Shown: piece by piece, positions 59,048 through 64,000 of the stretch | How the letters are laid out: each line of letters begins with the position of its first letter | How positions within the stretch are numbered: the stretch's first letter is position 1 | Assembly: GCA_903921205.1 (NCBI GenBank) | Contig: CAIXPF010000095.1 | Location: forward strand, 2,042-66,041 | DNA from: an uncultured Acidimicrobiia bacterium | GTDB lineage: Bacteria > Actinomycetota > Acidimicrobiia > Acidimicrobiales > CAIXPF01 | Direction: 5' to 3' | DNA length: 64,000 nt | The notes under the pieces: generated by a model | What the model saw: the letters and a program-made list of their open reading frames with translations, nothing else | Told to the model about the DNA's origin: nothing | The model's database searches: none | Made by a program: the position numbers and the translations under genes

Positions 59048-60283
59048 GTGAGGCTGCGACCCGAGCCCGTCAGCCCTGCAGGGGCACATGCGTGGGAGCT
59101 CGCCGACGAGCTCGCCCGGTCCTGGGCACCGTCCGCCGCCGAGCGGGACCGCGCCGGACGGTTCGACCCGGCGCTGGTGCAGGAGATCCGCCGGACCGGC
59201 CTGGCCGGCTGCACCGCGCCGGCCGAGTTGGGCGGCGGCGGCCTCGACCGGCTGAGTGACCTCATGGCCGTCATCCACCGTCTCGCCGTTGCGGACGGAT
59301 CGCTGGCGCTGGTGGTCCAGATGCACCTCAGCGGAGTGTGGGGCCTGGCCCGGGCCTGGCGGGCCGACCCCGACCCGCAGCGCGGCGCCTTCCTCACCGC
59401 TGTGGCGGCCGGGCGGGCCTGGTTGTGTGCCGCGGTCACCGAGGCCGGCACGAACTTCTTCCACCCCCGGGCCGTGCTGCGGGCCGGCACCGACGGCGGC
59501 TGGGTCCTCGAGGGGACCAAGATCTTCGCCACCGGATCCCCGGCCGCGACCCACTTCTCGGCCAACACCCGGGTGGAGGGCGGACCCCTCGAAGGCCGGC
59601 TGGCCCAGGTCGTGGTGCCTGCCGATGCCGACGGGGTCCACATCGAGGACAACTGGGACGGCCTCGGCATGCGCGCCTCGGGCAGCGGCATGGTCCGCTT
59701 CGCGTCGGTCCGCCTCGGGCCCTCGAGCATCGTGCAGCCCGGCGGGCCCTACGGCGCGTTCACCGCCGGGGCGTTGTGCGGGCGGGCCTTCGGCAACGTC
59801 GGCAACGTCACCGCCATGGCCGGGTTGGCCCACGCCGCCGAGGAACTGGCCCGTACCCGGGTGACCACCCGCAGCCGGGTCGACGACGCTCCGCTGGCCC
59901 GACGCGCAACGGTGCGCCAGGCTCTCGCAGAGTTGCAGACCGACGCCTTCGCCCTCACCGCGGTCGTCGACCGGCTCGGGCGGCGGGCCGACGAGGTCGC
60001 CGATGCCCTCCGGGACGACCCGGCGTCGGTCGACGACGCCTGCGCACGGGAGTTCATGGCCGAGTTCCAGGCGGCGAAGCTGAACGTCAACCGCCTGGCG
60101 TGCCGGGTGGTCGACGCCGCCTTGGCCCTGGCCGGCGGATCGGGCTACACCGGTTCCGACCCGTTGGGACGCCTGGCCCGCGACGTACGGGCCGGCCTGT
60201 TCATGCAACCGTTCTCACCGCACGAGGGCCTCGGTTTCATCGGCGCGGTCGCCGCCAGGGTCGATCCGGACGTGCTGGCCTGA
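59048..60283 (+). CDS. Acyl-CoA dehydrogenase-family flavoprotein
   Basis: A.ERDR.G.F, GTKIFATGS, WDGLGMRASGS, AGGSGY...PL.RL.RD. Confidence 0.88.
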   Translation: MRLRPEPVSPAGAHAWELADELARSWAPSAAERDRAGRFDPALVQEIRRTGLAGCTAPAELGGGGLDRLSDLMAVIHRLAVADGSLALVVQMHLSGVWGLARAWRADPDPQRGAFLTAVAAGRAWLCAAVTEAGTNFFHPRAVLRAGTDGGWVLEGTKIFATGSPAATHFSANTRVEGGPLEGRLAQVVVPADADGVHIEDNWDGLGMRASGSGMVRFASVRLGPSSIVQPGGPYGAFTAGALCGRAFGNVGNVTAMAGLAHAAEELARTRVTTRSRVDDAPLARRATVRQALAELQTDAFALTAVVDRLGRRADEVADALRDDPASVDDACAREFMAEFQAAKLNVNRLACRVVDAALALAGGSGYTGSDPLGRLARDVRAGLFMQPFSPHEGLGFIGAVAARVDPDVLA

Positions 60284-60284
60284 C

Positions 60285-61490
60285 ATGGCCCGTTCCGAAC
60301 GACCCGAGCGCAGCGCAGGCGGCAACGGCCGTTGGCGCTGGGTTCTTCCGCTCGTGGTCCTCGTCGCGGTGCTCGCCGCGCTGATCGTCGCCGATCGCAC
60401 GCCGCCCGACCCGGCCCAGCTCCTGGCGCCGAGCACCCTCGGACCGACCGACGGCGGGGCACCGCTCGGAGCCGCCGTCACCGAGACCCAACTTCCCATA
60501 CCCTCAGGTATGACAGGCACGCTCTACGTGCTCGGCAAGGATGCCACGCTCACCGAGATCGATCTGCCGAGCGGCCGCACCCGCTCGGCCCGGCTCACTT
60601 TCCGGGTCGAACCCGCTGCGGTGAACCAGGTCGTGGCGCTACGCGACGTCGTGCTGATCGGCACCCGCCGGCAGGTCTTCACGGTTGACCGGGCCACGCT
60701 GGCCGAGCAGAACCGGCTCGCCGACGAGCGCTGGATCGTCGGGTCCCCCGACGGCACCTGGGCCGCGCTGGTGCCCTTCGGGGCCGCTGCCGGCGACATC
60801 ATCATGCTCGACGGCGCCGCCGTCGCCGACCGCCAACGCAGCGTGCGACTGCCGGCGGGCGTCACCGCCGTTGGCGCGGTGTCCGCCGGGTTGGTGCTCG
60901 ACTCGGCCGGAACCCTGCACCTTCGCCCTCGCGACGGCACCCCCGGGCCGACGCTCGGTACCGGTCGGTATGTCGCCTCGGGGACGACGGCGGTGGCCCG
61001 CCTGGTCTGCCTGCAGCTGAGCTGCAGGCTGCACACCGGCACCACGGCCCAACCCGACCAGGTGGTCCTCGACGGCATCGACCCGGCAGGGTCCTGGGAG
61101 CTCGGACCCGGCGGCGTGTTCGCCCCGCAGGGCGAGACGCTGGCCATGATCGCCGAGGCCGCCGCCGGCTCTCCCGGCACGGCCGCGGCCCGCGTGGTCG
61201 GCCTCGGCGCGACCCCGCCGGTCTGGCGCAACAGCCCCGTGGCCGCCGGCGAGCCGGCCACGCCCCCGGCGCTGGCGTTCACCGCGGACGGGGCCACGCT
61301 GGTACACACCTCCCCGCAGGGCCTGGTGTTCTGGCCCGTCGGCTCCTCCCCGTCAGCCCCCGGGTCCGCAGGCGGCGGGAGCAGGGCCGACGAACTGCCC
61401 TTCCCGAGCCCGGTCCTGGCGCTCGGGGTCACGGCGCAGCCGCCACCACCACCGCCACCGCAATCGGGCCCGCCACCCTCGTTCGCCTGA
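60285..61490 (+). CDS. Hypothetical membrane-anchored protein, possibly a beta-propeller
   Basis: N-terminal TM helix; SPDG/FAPQG/FTADG repeats; Pro-rich tail. Confidence 0.7.
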   Translation: MARSERPERSAGGNGRWRWVLPLVVLVAVLAALIVADRTPPDPAQLLAPSTLGPTDGGAPLGAAVTETQLPIPSGMTGTLYVLGKDATLTEIDLPSGRTRSARLTFRVEPAAVNQVVALRDVVLIGTRRQVFTVDRATLAEQNRLADERWIVGSPDGTWAALVPFGAAAGDIIMLDGAAVADRQRSVRLPAGVTAVGAVSAGLVLDSAGTLHLRPRDGTPGPTLGTGRYVASGTTAVARLVCLQLSCRLHTGTTAQPDQVVLDGIDPAGSWELGPGGVFAPQGETLAMIAEAAAGSPGTAAARVVGLGATPPVWRNSPVAAGEPATPPALAFTADGATLVHTSPQGLVFWPVGSSPSAPGSAGGGSRADELPFPSPVLALGVTAQPPPPPPPQSGPPPSFA

Positions 61491-61555
61491 ACCGGCAGCG
61501 CACGGACGGCGCACGGCCCGGAAGCCAGGTGCGGAACCGTCACTAGTGTGACGCC

Positions 61556-63349
61556 ATGTCGCTCACCGATGCCGAACGCACCGCCGCCGACGCCAGCTGG
61601 AACCTCGAGCCGTTGCTCGGAGACGGCACGGTCGACGATCTGCTCGACCGGGCCGCCGTGCTCGCCGAGGGTGTCGCCGGCCACCGCGGACGCCTCGCCG
61701 AGCTGTCCGTGGACGAGTGGGTCGCCCTGATGCAGACCACCGCCGAACTGCACGAAGTCCTCAACCGGGCCGGCAGCTACGCCAGCCTGCACACCGCGAC
61801 CGACACCGCCGACCCCGAGAAGGGTGCGCTGCTCGCCCGGGTCCAGGAACGCGGCACGGCCCTGTCCACCCAGCTGATCTTCTTCGACATCGAGTGGGCC
61901 GAACTCGACGACGCCCTGGCCGAGGCGGTACTCGCCGACGAGCGGATGGCCTTCTGCGCCCATCACCTGCGCTCCGCCCGTCGCTACCGGCCGTATCTGC
62001 TCACCGAGGCCGAGGAACGGATCGACACCGAGAAGTCCCAGACCGCATCACAGGCCTGGTCGCGCCTGTTCGGCGAGCTGATCTCCGCCATCGACGTGCA
62101 GCTGCCCGACCAGCCCGGTCCGGTGAAACTGGAGCAGGGCCTGGCCCTGCTGTCCCATCCCGAGCGTGCCGTGCGGCAGGCCGCAGCCCACGCCGTCACC
62201 GAGGGCTTGCAGCCCGGGCTGCGCACCCGTGCGTTCATCTTCAACACCCTGCTGCTCGACAAGTCGGTCGAGGACCGGCTGCGCTCGTACCCGACGTGGC
62301 TGTCATCACGGAACCTCTCCAACGAGGCCTCCGACGCCTCGGTCGACGCCCTCGTCGCTGCGGTGCAGGCCCGCTACGACCTGCCCCAGCGCTGGTACGC
62401 CACCAAGGCCGCGATCCTCGGCATCGACCGCCTCGCCGACTACGACCGCATGGCCTCGGTCGGCGCGTCCGAGGCCGAGTTCGGCTGGACCCAGGCCAAG
62501 GACCTGGTGCTCGACAGCTACGCCAGCTTCTCGCCGCAGCTCGCCGACGCGGCACGGCGGTTCTTCGCCGAGTCGTGGATCGACGCGCCGGTGCGGCCGG
62601 CCAAGCGGCCGGGCGCGTTCTGCGCCTACACCGTGCCCTCCCACCATCCCTATGTGCTGCTGAACTGGACCGGCAAGCGCCGCGACGTGATGACGCTGGC
62701 CCACGAGCTGGGTCACGGCCTGCACGCCTACCTGGCCCGCCCGCAGGGCGTCTTCCACATGAGCACGCCACTGACCCTCGCCGAGACGGCCTCGGTGTTC
62801 GGTGAGACGGTCACCTTCGGGCGGTTGCTGGAGGACACCACCGATCCCACCGAACGGCTGGCCCTGCTGGCGGAGAGCATCGAGGGCGCCATCGCCACGG
62901 TGTTCCGCCAGACCGCCATGAACCGGTTCGAGCACGCGGTGCACACCCACCGGCGCGAGGTCGGTGAGCTGTCCCTCGACGACTTCGGCCGCTACTGGTA
63001 CGAGACCCAGACCGCCATGCTCGGCGATGCCGTCGAGGTGACCGACGACTACCGCACGTGGTGGAGCTACATCCCCCACTTCATCAACACCCCGGGGTAC
63101 GTGTACGCCTACGCATACGGCCAACTGCTCGCGCTGTCGGTCTACAAGCGCTACCAGGAGCAGGGCGCCGATTTCGTGCCGGCCTACCTGCAGCTGCTCG
63201 CCGCCGGCGGCTCGCTGCCCCCCGAGCAGCTGGCCCGGCTGGTCGACTGCGACCTGGCCGACCCGGGGTTCTGGGACGGCGGCCTGGCCATCATCGAGCA
63301 GCAGCTCGAAGCCGCCACTGCGGCCGCACGGGCTGCAGGGCGGCTCTGA
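61556..63349 (+). CDS. pepF: M3 family oligoendopeptidase F
   Basis: WNLEPL, KRPGAFC, TLAHELGHGLH, LAETASVFGE, WSYIPHF...YVYAYAYG. Confidence 0.93.
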   Translation: MSLTDAERTAADASWNLEPLLGDGTVDDLLDRAAVLAEGVAGHRGRLAELSVDEWVALMQTTAELHEVLNRAGSYASLHTATDTADPEKGALLARVQERGTALSTQLIFFDIEWAELDDALAEAVLADERMAFCAHHLRSARRYRPYLLTEAEERIDTEKSQTASQAWSRLFGELISAIDVQLPDQPGPVKLEQGLALLSHPERAVRQAAAHAVTEGLQPGLRTRAFIFNTLLLDKSVEDRLRSYPTWLSSRNLSNEASDASVDALVAAVQARYDLPQRWYATKAAILGIDRLADYDRMASVGASEAEFGWTQAKDLVLDSYASFSPQLADAARRFFAESWIDAPVRPAKRPGAFCAYTVPSHHPYVLLNWTGKRRDVMTLAHELGHGLHAYLARPQGVFHMSTPLTLAETASVFGETVTFGRLLEDTTDPTERLALLAESIEGAIATVFRQTAMNRFEHAVHTHRREVGELSLDDFGRYWYETQTAMLGDAVEVTDDYRTWWSYIPHFINTPGYVYAYAYGQLLALSVYKRYQEQGADFVPAYLQLLAAGGSLPPEQLARLVDCDLADPGFWDGGLAIIEQQLEAATAAARAAGRL

Positions 63350-63353
63350 GCAC

Positions 63354-64000
63354 TCACAGCCCGGGGATGCCGGTGAAGTCCGGCTCCCGCTTGTCGAGGA
63401 ACGCCGCCACCGCCTCACGGTTGGCGGGTCCACCGACGAGCCGGGCAAAAGCGTCGACCTCGCGGTCATGCGCGGCCAGCGCAGCCGAGGTGTGGTTGGC
63501 CGCCAGCATCAGACGCTTGGTCTCCACCAACGACGGGATCGGGTTGGCCGCGATCTCCTGGGCCACCGCCTGGGTTTCGGCGTCGAGGGCGTCGTCGTCG
63601 CACACCCGCCAGACCAGGCCCATGTCCAGGCACTCCTGGGCGTCGAACCACCGTCCGGTGAGCAGCACATAGGCCGCCTGCTGCCAGCCCATCCGGGCGG
63701 CGAAGGTGTAGCTGCTGCCGGCCTCCGGGGCCACGCCGAGCTGCGGGAACGGCGTGCGCAGGCGGGCACTGCGCGCCATCAGCGCCAGGTCGCAGTGGCC
63801 GAGGATGGTCATGCCGATCCCCACCCCGATGCCGTTCACCGCGGCGATGAGCGGCTTGGGGAACTCCGCCAGCGCGTGCAACATCGACGGGAAGTGGTAG
63901 GGCCCGGCCTCGGGACCGTAGGACTGCAGCATCTCGGTCAGGTCCTGGCCCGCCGAGAACCCGCGACCCGACCCGGTGATCACCACGACGGCGACCCCGG
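63354..64000 (-). CDS. Enoyl-CoA hydratase/isomerase (5' end outside window)
   Basis: FSAGQDL, KPLIAAVNG.GVG.G, LGVAPEAGSS, AFLDKREPDF. Confidence 0.88.
   Translation of the reverse strand, partial: GVAVVVITGSGRGFSAGQDLTEMLQSYGPEAGPYHFPSMLHALAEFPKPLIAAVNGIGVGIGMTILGHCDLALMARSARLRTPFPQLGVAPEAGSSYTFAARMGWQQAAYVLLTGRWFDAQECLDMGLVWRVCDDDALDAETQAVAQEIAANPIPSLVETKRLMLAANHTSAALAAHDREVDAFARLVGGPANREAVAAFLDKREPDFTGIPGL

Overview
This is a very high-GC actinobacterial chromosomal segment. An Acidimicrobiia-like host is inferred from gene content and style, not proven. It holds about 60 mostly housekeeping or metabolic genes: pstCAB-phoU-regX3 with a PHO box, three tandem paralogous MFS transporters, oxidoreductases and hydrolases, an atypical family-A DNA polymerase, PII with a truncated OmpR-type regulator, tsaC, an S1-repeat protein, a sigK-rskA-fasciclin module, ileS, msrA, dsbB/TlpA, cobU/cobS and pepF. 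No tRNA, rRNA, CRISPR array, prophage or transposase was seen. Main findings: (1) a probable selenoprotein the ORF track split in two, an Rv2466c/mycoredoxin-2-like DsbA-fold protein with in-frame UGA at the catalytic Cys (UPWC) and a SECIS-like hairpin; (2) a PolA lacking the 5' nuclease, with a clamp-binding-like motif and two ~75-aa finger insertions; (3) rskA broken by an ochre stop, with two identical SigK-type promoters nearby; (4) an unannotated ~220-nt multi-stem RNA-like element; (5) a GlnR-like nitrogen module; (6) tiny unannotated ORFs and pervasive leaderless promoters. All product calls come from motif recognition by eye; no database searches were run.
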